Assembly: GCA_030447905.1 (NCBI GenBank)
Contig: JAUJNZ010000001.1
Coordinates: 305,466 to 369,465, forward strand
Reading direction: 5' to 3'
DNA from: Thermoleophilaceae bacterium
GTDB lineage: Bacteria; Actinomycetota; Thermoleophilia; Solirubrobacterales; Thermoleophilaceae
Length of the DNA: 64,000 nucleotides
The translations under genes were made by a program, and so were the position numbers. This document shows, piece after piece, positions 36,856 to 44,925 of the stretch (positions are counted from its first letter, which is position 1; the number at the start of each line of letters is the position of its first letter). The notes under the pieces were generated by a model that was not told where the DNA came from, did not search any database, and saw only the letters and a list, made by a program, of their open reading frames with translations.

Positions 36856-37637
36856 CGGCGCCCCGCCGCCCCGGCCAGCGCGCCGATCGCCGCGCCCACG
36901 CGCTCGGTGAACTCCTGGGGCTCCTCGCCCGCCAGCGGCTCGACGGCAGGGCCGAAGCGGACCTCCGTCCGCCCGCGCCGGGTCACCCCGCGCCCCTTGG
37001 GCATCAACAGCCCCGTTCCGCTCACGTGCACCGGCACCGCCGGCGTGCCCGTCGCCACGCACAGCCGCCCGACCCCGCCGCGCAGGCCCCCGAGGCCGGA
37101 GGTCCGGGTCGCCTGCGGATAGATGAGCACGTTGGACCCGCCGCGCAGGTGCTCGGCGGCGGCGGCCAGCCCGCGCCCCTCGCTCCCGCGGTCGAAGGGA
37201 AAGGTGTTGATCCACAGCGACGCCATCAGCGCGGTGCGGCGGCTCGCGTAGAAGCGATCGCTCGCCGCCCCGACCACGGTTCGCATCCGCCACACGCGCG
37301 GCAGCGCCCATAGGACCAGCGGAGTGTCGACGTCGCTCGAGTGGTTGGGGGCGATCACCGCCGGCTGGGGCGCGTGCAGGAGGTCGTCGGCCCCGCTGAC
37401 CTTCGGGCTCGTGACGACGCGGGTGAGCGGAAACAGCAGCGACTGCTGGAGGCCCTCCCGGGCGAGGGAGGCGCGCCGGCCGCGCAGCCATGGCTGGTCG
37501 GCCACTTCGGCGGCAGCGCTCCAGGGATCGGGCCCGCCGCGGCGGGTGCGCCAGCGCGCGGGCGACCGCGCCGATCCGCCGGTCCCGCCGTCTCGGGGCG
37601 GCCCCGCCAGGCGCTCGAGCAGGCGACCGCTCCTCAC
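36852..37637 (-). CDS. Lysophospholipid/glycerol-phosphate acyltransferase family protein (PlsC-type, HX4D)
   Basis: HX4D block PNHSSDVD, then FPFDRG and IYPQATRT blocks. GTG 37637 overlaps the LarA-like TGA, and the codons between 37505 and 37637 keep high GC3. Alternative GTG at 37505. Confidence 0.75.
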   Translation of the reverse strand: MRSGRLLERLAGPPRDGGTGGSARSPARWRTRRGGPDPWSAAAEVADQPWLRGRRASLAREGLQQSLLFPLTRVVTSPKVSGADDLLHAPQPAVIAPNHSSDVDTPLVLWALPRVWRMRTVVGAASDRFYASRRTALMASLWINTFPFDRGSEGRGLAAAAEHLRGGSNVLIYPQATRTSGLGGLRGGVGRLCVATGTPAVPVHVSGTGLLMPKGRGVTRRGRTEVRFGPAVEPLAGEEPQEFTERVGAAIGALAGAAGRR

Positions 37638-39298
37638 TCGACCTCGCAGTAGAAGAGCGGCGGGCACCCGAAGTGGGTGATCGAGGGATCGCGCCCCACG
37701 ACCTGCTCGGCCATCTCGAGCGCGTCGAGCATCGTGTCGGCCCGGCGAAAGCCCATCCGCCGGCACGCCTCGCGGTCCCCGCCGACGAAGATCACCTCGC
37801 CGACGTGCTCGAGCGCGTGGGCGCCCCAGTACCACATGTAGAAGGGATGGACGCCGTGGTAGGCGTGGGATGTGCGATAGAGGTGGCGATACCACTCGTC
37901 CTCGGCGTAGTCGCGCTCGAAGCGGCGCTCGAGCTCGGCCGGGTCGGTGGTCTCGGCGAGCACCTCCTCGTAGAAGTCGATGTAGGAGGGGTGATGCACC
38001 GGGTGGAAGTCGCGCGGCACGGGATGGGTGAAGATCAGCGCGCCGCCCTCGCGCACGAGCGGTCGTCCCTGGTACAGGTTGAAGAAGTACCCGAGTCCCA
38101 GGCACATGACGAGGATCGGGTTGAGGATCGAGTTGACGTTGTAAGGACCGATGTAGGGAAGCCCGGCGGTGACGACGTCGGACTGTCCCTCGACCCGAAC
38201 CGCCTGCTGCTCGGCGAGGCGCTCGAGCGCCACGGCGTGGGCGGCGTCGACCGCGCCCCCCGTCACCGAGGTGACCGCGTACGGCGCCGACATGCGACTG
38301 AAGGCGGTCCGCCGGGCGCGGACCGGCATCCGGTCGACCGCCCGCTTGACCCCCGCGAACACGACCTGCTCGCGCGGCGTCCACAGGTGCTCGGGCTTGC
38401 CCAGGAAGCGCAGCGGCTCGGCGTACATGGCGTCGTTGAGGGTGGCCTCGAGGTGGAAGACCGGCACCGCCCGCTCGATCAGCTCGCCCTGACGCCCCGA
38501 GGAGTGATGGAGCTCGGAGTGGTCGGGATCCATGAACGAGCGCGAGTGACGAAGCGTGTGCGTCGTGTGGTGGGCGCTGATCGACCGGTAGGTGCCGAGC
38601 CCGATCGCCGCCGACTTCGGTCCGCCCTGCAGGGGCGCGGTGACGAGGTGCACGTACACGAGCAGGTCGGACTCGGCGGCGCGGCGGTTGAGGGTCACCG
38701 GCTCGCCGTGGTCGGTCTCGCCGATGACGACGTTTCCGTCGGGGTCCTCGGCGTCGTGGTTGTAGAGCTCGTCGGGACCGAAGGCGTCGAAGACCGCGGG
38801 TCCGAGCGCGTGTCGCAGCTCGGCCGGGGTCATGCGCCGGTGCAGGGCAAGCGCGGCGATCAGGTGGATGTCGTCGACGCCGGCGCGGTAGGCACGCTCG
38901 AGCACGCGCTCGACGATCCGCCCGCGGACGTCCGGCGCGCGCATCGGCGGCAGCGGCACCGACAGGTCGTCGAAGGCGATGGTGAGCCGCATCCCGGCAC
39001 GCAGGCGCGCGTCGAGCGGGTCGGCGCCGAGCGGCTCGTCGAGCGCGCGGTCGATCGCCGCGTCGAGATCGCCGAGCCCCTTGAGCGGCGGGGGGGCGTG
39101 CACCACCCGCGACCCGACCGGCAGTCGCTCGAGCCGAAAGGACTCGCCGGCGTGGAAAAGGGTCGGTGGCGACTTCACGGTGACCTCGGACACGCTCGCC
39201 CCCCGCTCGGCGGCGGGTCGTCGCCGCGCGGGGCGCCCGTCGGCGCTCGGCGCGGGCGGCTCGACCATCGTCGTTCGCGGCCTCGGGGCGAGCGTCAT
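37634..39298 (-). CDS. LarA-family (nickel-pincer nucleotide dependent racemase/epimerase-like) protein, oversized (554 aa)
   Basis: ATG at 39298 shares its A with the upstream TGA. DUF2088/LarA_N-like region. LIAALALHRRMT, VHLVTAPLQGGPKS and an HH 15-16 residues after the Lys match my recollection of LarA His108, His174, Lys184 and His200. Confidence 0.75.
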   Translation of the reverse strand: MTLAPRPRTTMVEPPAPSADGRPARRRPAAERGASVSEVTVKSPPTLFHAGESFRLERLPVGSRVVHAPPPLKGLGDLDAAIDRALDEPLGADPLDARLRAGMRLTIAFDDLSVPLPPMRAPDVRGRIVERVLERAYRAGVDDIHLIAALALHRRMTPAELRHALGPAVFDAFGPDELYNHDAEDPDGNVVIGETDHGEPVTLNRRAAESDLLVYVHLVTAPLQGGPKSAAIGLGTYRSISAHHTTHTLRHSRSFMDPDHSELHHSSGRQGELIERAVPVFHLEATLNDAMYAEPLRFLGKPEHLWTPREQVVFAGVKRAVDRMPVRARRTAFSRMSAPYAVTSVTGGAVDAAHAVALERLAEQQAVRVEGQSDVVTAGLPYIGPYNVNSILNPILVMCLGLGYFFNLYQGRPLVREGGALIFTHPVPRDFHPVHHPSYIDFYEEVLAETTDPAELERRFERDYAEDEWYRHLYRTSHAYHGVHPFYMWYWGAHALEHVGEVIFVGGDREACRRMGFRRADTMLDALEMAEQVVGRDPSITHFGCPPLFYCEVE

Positions 39299-40446
39299 CA
39301 CTCCGTGCGCAGGTCGAAGACCGTCCTGACCTGGCCCGAGCGGGCCGCCCGCGGGGCCTCCGCGAGCGCGCGAGAGTGGTCGCTCAGATGCCAGCCGTCG
39401 GCCACGAGCCGCCCGGTCCCCAGCCGACCGGCGAGGTCGATCGCCGCGGGGAAGTCGCCGCGGTAGCCATAGGCGCCGCGCAGCTCGAGCTCTCGCTGCC
39501 ACGCGAGCGAGAGGTCGGCGCGCACCTGCCCGGGCATACCCACGAGCACGACCGTACCGCGCGGGCGCGTGACCGTCACCGCCGCCTCGAGCGAATCGCC
39601 GCTGCCGACGCAGTCGAGCACGCGATCGAGGCCGCCGAGCAGGAGCTCGCGCCCGAGGTGGCCGACGAGCCTCCGGGCGCCGGTCAGCCGCGCCGCCTCG
39701 ACCGGCAGCTGCTCGGGCGCACAGGTGTGGTCGGCGCCGAGGCGGCGCGCGGCGTGCGCCTGGGCGGGGTGCTTTGCCGTGCACAGTACGACGGCATCCG
39801 GCGCGAGCTCACGCAGCGCCGCCACGCAGAGGAGCCCGATCGTCCCCGCCCCGATCACGCCCACCGCCTCGCCCGGACTCGGCGCCGCCGCCCGCGCGGC
39901 GTTGAGCGCGCACGCCAGCGGCTCGACCAGCACCGCATCCTCGTCGGAGAGCTCGGCCGGCACGGCGTGCAGCTGCGAGTGGTGGGCCACGAGCCCCTCG
40001 CTCCAGCCCCCGCCGGTGTCGCGGCAGTAGCCGATCTGCAGGCCCGCCGAGACCTCTCCTTCGACGGTATTGCGACACAGGGCCGTGAGTCCCTCCGCGC
40101 ACTCCGTGCACTCGGGCTCGGCGCCTCGCACCACGCACGAGAGCGCCGGCTCGACTACGACCCTCTCACCACGACGCTCCCCACCCGCGATCTCGCCGAC
40201 GATCTCGTGACCGGGGACGAACGGCGTCGAGGTGAGCGTCCCCAGGTACGGCGACGCCGAGCCCGAGAAGAGCGCCTGATCCGATCCGCAGATGCCGCTC
40301 AGCCTGGGGCGGACCGCGAGCCAGTCGGCGTTCGGTGGCCGTGGGGGCGCCATCCGACGCAGCGTGAGACCCCCCTCCCCCGCCCGGCGGGAGACCCGCG
40401 CCGCCGCGTGCCGCGCCACGGACGGCGTGTACTCGAGGGCGAGCAT
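39298..40446 (-). CDS. Zinc-dependent medium-chain alcohol dehydrogenase family protein
   Basis: GICGSDQALFSG...PGHEIVGEI catalytic Zn site. Cys cluster CVVRGAEPECTECAEGLTALC. Rossmann motif VIGAGTIGLL. Confidence 0.85.
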   Translation of the reverse strand: MLALEYTPSVARHAAARVSRRAGEGGLTLRRMAPPRPPNADWLAVRPRLSGICGSDQALFSGSASPYLGTLTSTPFVPGHEIVGEIAGGERRGERVVVEPALSCVVRGAEPECTECAEGLTALCRNTVEGEVSAGLQIGYCRDTGGGWSEGLVAHHSQLHAVPAELSDEDAVLVEPLACALNAARAAAPSPGEAVGVIGAGTIGLLCVAALRELAPDAVVLCTAKHPAQAHAARRLGADHTCAPEQLPVEAARLTGARRLVGHLGRELLLGGLDRVLDCVGSGDSLEAAVTVTRPRGTVVLVGMPGQVRADLSLAWQRELELRGAYGYRGDFPAAIDLAGRLGTGRLVADGWHLSDHSRALAEAPRAARSGQVRTVFDLRTE

Positions 40447-40447
40447 G

Positions 40448-42790
40448 TCAGGCGCCGGCCGCGACCGGCGCCGGCGGACGGGTCCGGGCGCCGGGCTCGG
40501 TGGCCCAGGTCAGCACCGGCCACCCCCGCCGCCGGGCCTCGCGGGCGAGGCGGAAGTCCGGATTGACCGAGTGGGCATGGCCGACGACCTCCAGCAGCGG
40601 CAGGTCGGAGACGCTGTCGCCGTAGGCGTGGCAGTCCGCGAGCGCGACCCCGCGGTCGGTCGCCAGGCGCGTGGCCAGGGCGGCGCGGGCCTCCGCGGTC
40701 AGCGGCGGCTCCTCGAGCTCGCCGGTGAAGACCCCGAGCTCCTCGCGCAGCCGCGCGGCGACGAGCTCGTCGCCCAGCGCCCGGAGGGGCGCGACCAGGA
40801 AGTCGACCGCGCCGGTCAGGAGGACGATCCGGTCGCCGCGGCGGCGATGGGCGCGGATGCGGCGCACCGCGGCCTGCTGGAGGCGGGGGAGGATGTGCTC
40901 CTCGAGCGCGCTCTCGGCCTCGGCGCGCAGCTCGGCGGCCGGCAGACCGCGGTAGGTTCGGTAGAAGTCCCGGTTGAAGGCCGCACGCGACCGGCGGTCG
41001 GCGAGCGCCCAGCCGGGCGCCCGCGCGGCCACCCCGGCTCCCCACACGACCCGGTCGAGCCCCGGCATGCCGCGCGAGCGCAACCACGCGTAGAAGTGGG
41101 CGACCGTCGTGTCGACGACCACGCCCTCGACATCGAAGAACGCGAGCGCGGGGGGGCCGTCCGGCAGCGCTCCGTCCCCCGACCCGAGCGCCCGGGCGGG
41201 ACCGGTCGCGCGCGGGGGGCGGGGAGGGCGCACGAGCTCGCGTAGGGCTGGGAGGTGGACCCGATCCAGGTAGTCGGTCCAGTCGATCGCCGCCGTGTCG
41301 AAGGACAGCCGCTCCCGGTCGGAGGGCGACAGGCGACCGAGCAGCTCGCACGTGCCGCGATCGTCGAAAATGCAGTCGAGCTCGACGTAGGGACCGTATA
41401 TCTCGGCGAGGCGTCGCAGCCGCTCGACCCGGCGGCGCTCGACGTGCAGACGCCGCTCGGCGTCGTCGACGCGAGGCACCGGGACGCGGTCGAGCAGGCG
41501 CCGACCCGTGCGCAGCGCGCGCTCGGCGCGGTCGAGGGCTCCCATCACTCGCGCCCCCGACGCGTAGCGCATGTCGGAGAACTCGATCGGGGCGCCGTCC
41601 TCGTCGGGCAGCGGGCGGGCCCGGAAGTGGTCGGTGACCGTCCGGCTGATCTCTGCGAGCGTGATCGGGTTACGCCTCCCGCTCGCGAGCGCGAGCGTCC
41701 GCGGGCTCGGCATCGGCGGATGCGCCGCCGCGACGACGCAGGCGTTGGCCACTAGATCGACGGGCACGACGTCGAGCACGCCGGAGGGGTTGCCGGGCAG
41801 GCGTGAGGCCAGGCCGCCCGCATACGCCAGGATGATCGGGTCGGCGACCTTGATGCCCTCGAGCCATCCCGGTCTTGGCTCGTGCAGGGCCGACTCGATG
41901 ATCGCCGGACGCACGAACGTGAGCGAGGTCAGGTTCTGGGCGCACAGGGCCCGCTCGGCGAGGCCCTTCGACAGCGAGTAGCCGTCGGCCCAGCCGAGCG
42001 TACGGCAGCGGCGCCGCCCGCGCTCGACGAGCTCCGACGCGATCCAGGCGCGGCGCAGCTCCTCGGCGCGACGACCGACGGGCAGCGAGCCGGCCGGACC
42101 GAGCTCCTGCCTCGCCTCGCGAGCGAAGCGCTCCTGGTGGTCGGGCAGGCGGGACTCGGCATCGAGGTCGCGCCGCCACGCGCGCGCCGCGTCGAGCTCT
42201 GAGTCGAGATCGAGCTCGGGCTCCTCGGGCGACTCCCCGGAGGGTCGCTCGAGCACGAGCCCGGTGCGGTTGCCCGCCGCGTACGCGGTGGAGACATGCA
42301 CGAGCGCGGGCTCTGCGGCCCCGCTGGCGCGGGCACCCGCCCGCAGGGCCTCGACCAGCCGCAGCGCCCCGAGTGCGTTCATATCGATGATCTCGTCGAG
42401 GGGCTGCTCGAAGGAGACCGAGGCCGCGCAGTGGATCGCCACGTCGATCCCGCCGAGCGCGTCGTCGCCCTCGGGCCGCCCAAGCGCGTCGGCCGTGAAG
42501 TCACCGGCGAGGGCACGCAGGCGCCCGGCCGCGAGCGCGCTGTCGGCCGACTTGCGGACGTGGTCGAACGCGTCGCTCGCGAGGACGTCGGAGCGCAGGC
42601 GCTCGAGCGCCCCCTCGTCGTCGCCGGCCCGGAGCACAAGCCGGATCTCGCGCAGATCGGAGGCTTCTCGGAGGAGGACGCCGAGCACTGCCTTGCCGAG
42701 AAAGCCCGACGCCCCGGTCAAGAGGAGGGTCCGGCCCGCGAGCCGCCCGGCGATCGTCTCCTGGTCGCTCCCCGTCACCGCTTTGCGCAC
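40448..42790 (-). CDS. Fusion protein: fatty acyl-CoA/ACP reductase (NAD_binding_4 + sterile-like region) + C-terminal HAD-IB (SerB-like) hydrolase domain
   Basis: LLLTGASGFLGKAV, YSLSKGLAE (YxxxK), IYGPYVELDCIFDD. HAD motifs FFDVEGVVVD ... LLTGAVDF ... YGDSVSDLPLL. The track start 42907 overlaps tetR and crosses low-GC3 palindromic DNA, so I prefer GTG 42790 (alternative 42778). Confidence 0.75.
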   Translation of the reverse strand: MRKAVTGSDQETIAGRLAGRTLLLTGASGFLGKAVLGVLLREASDLREIRLVLRAGDDEGALERLRSDVLASDAFDHVRKSADSALAAGRLRALAGDFTADALGRPEGDDALGGIDVAIHCAASVSFEQPLDEIIDMNALGALRLVEALRAGARASGAAEPALVHVSTAYAAGNRTGLVLERPSGESPEEPELDLDSELDAARAWRRDLDAESRLPDHQERFAREARQELGPAGSLPVGRRAEELRRAWIASELVERGRRRCRTLGWADGYSLSKGLAERALCAQNLTSLTFVRPAIIESALHEPRPGWLEGIKVADPIILAYAGGLASRLPGNPSGVLDVVPVDLVANACVVAAAHPPMPSPRTLALASGRRNPITLAEISRTVTDHFRARPLPDEDGAPIEFSDMRYASGARVMGALDRAERALRTGRRLLDRVPVPRVDDAERRLHVERRRVERLRRLAEIYGPYVELDCIFDDRGTCELLGRLSPSDRERLSFDTAAIDWTDYLDRVHLPALRELVRPPRPPRATGPARALGSGDGALPDGPPALAFFDVEGVVVDTTVAHFYAWLRSRGMPGLDRVVWGAGVAARAPGWALADRRSRAAFNRDFYRTYRGLPAAELRAEAESALEEHILPRLQQAAVRRIRAHRRRGDRIVLLTGAVDFLVAPLRALGDELVAARLREELGVFTGELEEPPLTAEARAALATRLATDRGVALADCHAYGDSVSDLPLLEVVGHAHSVNPDFRLAREARRRGWPVLTWATEPGARTRPPAPVAAGA

Positions 42791-42820
42791 CCTCTCGAGA
42801 GGTCGACTGCGCGCGCACTC

Positions 42821-42836
42821 TACTGACAAGTCAGTA
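42821..42836. promoter_or_regulatory. Candidate TetR operator: 16-bp palindrome TACTGAC-AA-GTCAGTA in the divergent promoter region
   Basis: Perfect 7-bp arms. It overlaps a TATACT -10-like hexamer on the minus strand and TATAAA on the plus strand. It lies in the only AT-rich stretch between the tetR GTG (42855) and the operon GTG (42790). Confidence 0.5.
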
Positions 42837-42854
42837 TAAAAGTCGAAGCACCTC

Positions 42855-43490
42855 GTGAGCTCCGCCGCCTCCATCCCCCTCCGTCCCGCCTCCTCGCGGG
42901 ATCTCATCCTGCTCGCAGCCCGCGCCGAGTTCGCCGATCACGGCTTCGACGGAGCGCGGCTGCAGGCCATCGCCGCCCGGGCAGGGGTACGCCACCCGAC
43001 GCTGCTCTACCACTTCGAGTCGAAGGAGCTGCTCTACCGCGCGGTGATCGAGTCGGTCGTGGGCGACTGGGCGGTCGAGACCGAAGCCGCGATCTCGACC
43101 GGCCTGCGCGGCTTCGACCAGGTCGCCGCGCTCGTCGACGCCGGCTTTCGGTTCTTCGAGCGAAACCGGGACTTCGTGCGCATCGTCCGACGCGAGGCCA
43201 TCGAGGGGGGCGGGCGCATGGAGGCCCAGATGGCCGAGTTCGTACGGCCGTTCCTCGAGGACGCCGTGCGGTTTCTGCGCCGCGAGATGCGCGGTGGGCG
43301 CCTGCGCCGCCACGACCCGCTCGAGCTGATGCAAGTGATCTACGGCGCCGTCTTCACCTACTTCTCGGACGCGCGCTTTCGCGCCAACCTCACCGGCGAG
43401 GACCCCCTGGACGCTCGGGCGCTGCGGCGGCACGAGCGAGCGCTGATGAAGCTGCTGGGGGCCGCGCTCGAGCCGGCGACGGGTTCGTGA
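42855..43490 (+). CDS. TetR/AcrR-family transcriptional regulator
   Basis: N-terminal HTH RDLILLAARAEFADHGFDGARLQAIAARAGVRHPTLLYHFESKELLY. Confidence 0.9.
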   Translation: MSSAASIPLRPASSRDLILLAARAEFADHGFDGARLQAIAARAGVRHPTLLYHFESKELLYRAVIESVVGDWAVETEAAISTGLRGFDQVAALVDAGFRFFERNRDFVRIVRREAIEGGGRMEAQMAEFVRPFLEDAVRFLRREMRGGRLRRHDPLELMQVIYGAVFTYFSDARFRANLTGEDPLDARALRRHERALMKLLGAALEPATGS

Positions 43491-43529
43491 AGCCGGAGGG
43501 CCGAGCCTGACACTCTTGCCCGTCTGCGC

Positions 43530-44036
43530 TTACCGGGCGAGAGCGTCCCGCTCGCCCCGCCGCGCCAGAGCGATCCCGCCGACCAACAGGAGCGCCCCGA
43601 GGGCGAGGAAGGCTAGGTCCAGGAGCGGGGCGCCGGCCCTGACGTGGTGGATTGCGAGGATGTGGTGGTCGACCACACCCTCGACGAGGTTGAAGGTGCC
43701 CCAGCCGGCGAGTATGAGGCCCAGGAGCAGGTGCCCGGACCAGGCGACACCCGACGCCACCGCGCGCGCCAGGAGAACCAATCCCGCCGCGGTGAAGAGC
43801 CACGTCGAGGCATGGAAGAGGCCATCCCACAGGGTGTTGACCTCGAGGCCCCCGACTGTGGTGGCGGGGTAGCTGCCCTCGCTGGTGAGCATGTGGTGCC
43901 ACTGGAGGATCTGGTGCAGCACGATCCCGTCGACGAAGCCGCCGAGGCCGAGTCCCAGAAGGAGGCCGGGGGCGGTGAGCGAGGCGCGTCGGTGCGAGGG
44001 GGGTGAGGTTGCGCTGGGTGCTGCCTTCGTTGCCAC
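43530..44036 (-). CDS. DUF2243-like integral membrane protein
   Basis: GGFVDGIVLHQILQWHHML ... TLWDGLFH ... FNLVEGVVDHHILAIHHV, with 4 TM segments. GGAAGGAG lies 6 nt before the GTG. Confidence 0.6.
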   Translation of the reverse strand: MATKAAPSATSPPSHRRASLTAPGLLLGLGLGGFVDGIVLHQILQWHHMLTSEGSYPATTVGGLEVNTLWDGLFHASTWLFTAAGLVLLARAVASGVAWSGHLLLGLILAGWGTFNLVEGVVDHHILAIHHVRAGAPLLDLAFLALGALLLVGGIALARRGERDALAR

Positions 44037-44172
44037 CGTCGGCTCCTTCCGTCCGTTCCATCCGGCGCACGCCGCACGATCTAACGCGCCGTCGCTCGGC
44101 CAAGCTAACGCTGTCGCTCGCCCCCGGGGACAGCATTACGTGTGCCTACGCGGGAAAGGCCATCCCGTGAGC

Positions 44173-44925
44173 TCAATCCGCCCGCGCGAAAACGACCACG
44201 TTGTCGCGGTAGTGCCCCCGTGAAGCATCGAACGAGCCGCCGCAGGTGATGAGCCGCAACGTCGGCTTCTGTGTGCGCGAGTAGACGCGCTCGGTAGGGA
44301 AGTGACGCTTCGGGTAGCGATGGCGCTCCATCACGGAGAAGCTCGCGCGCGAGCCGTCGCGGTGGACGATCCGCACGCGGTCTCCCGGCCGAAGCTGACG
44401 CAGGCGGTAGAAGACGGCAGGTCCACCGTTGGCGGCCACGTGCCCGACGATCACCGCGGTGCCTCGGCGTCCGGCCTTGGCCCCGCCCGACCACCAGCCG
44501 GCCTGGGAGGCCGAACCGGGAACCTGGAGCGTGTCGTCGCCGTTCTTGCCGAGGCGTATCACCGGCGCGCGCACGCCGATGGCGGGAATCGATATCCGAG
44601 CTATCGCGTCGCCGAAGGCGGGCCGATGCCCCGGTGCCAGCCGCTGGCGAGGTTTCTCTTCGGCAGGGGGCTTCGGCCGTTCCCTCGGTTTTTGCCTCTC
44701 GCGTCGAGGCGGCTTTGAGCGCGGACGGTCCTCCTGGTAGCGCAAGGGAAGCGGCGCCTCGGCGACAGCTCCGAGTGCAGGCGACTTGGCGCGGGGCGGC
44801 GGCTCGGGGGAGACCGCGAGGACCCAGAGCAGGACGGCGCCGCCGAGCGACGCCGCCGCGGCAGCCAGCGCGCGCGTGCGGTGGCGCCGGATGGACCCGG
44901 CGACCGACCGGAGCCTCTCGCTCAC
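44173..44925 (-). CDS. Class F-type sortase
   Basis: N-terminal TM, Pro/Lys/Arg-rich linker. IPAIGVRAPVIRLG, His VIVGHV, catalytic Cys TLRLITCGG, Arg HYRDNVVV. The GTG directly abuts the TAA of the upstream substrate gene. Confidence 0.8.
   Translation of the reverse strand: MSERLRSVAGSIRRHRTRALAAAAASLGGAVLLWVLAVSPEPPPRAKSPALGAVAEAPLPLRYQEDRPRSKPPRRERQKPRERPKPPAEEKPRQRLAPGHRPAFGDAIARISIPAIGVRAPVIRLGKNGDDTLQVPGSASQAGWWSGGAKAGRRGTAVIVGHVAANGGPAVFYRLRQLRPGDRVRIVHRDGSRASFSVMERHRYPKRHFPTERVYSRTQKPTLRLITCGGSFDASRGHYRDNVVVFARAD

Noticed and set aside
42791-42907. Long start (ATG 42907 or 42874) for the FAR-HAD gene
   Set aside because: It would overlap the divergent tetR start. It would also translate the AT-rich palindromic region with poor codon usage (ttt tat act gac ttg tca gta). 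GTG 42790/42778 just before the Rossmann motif fits better.
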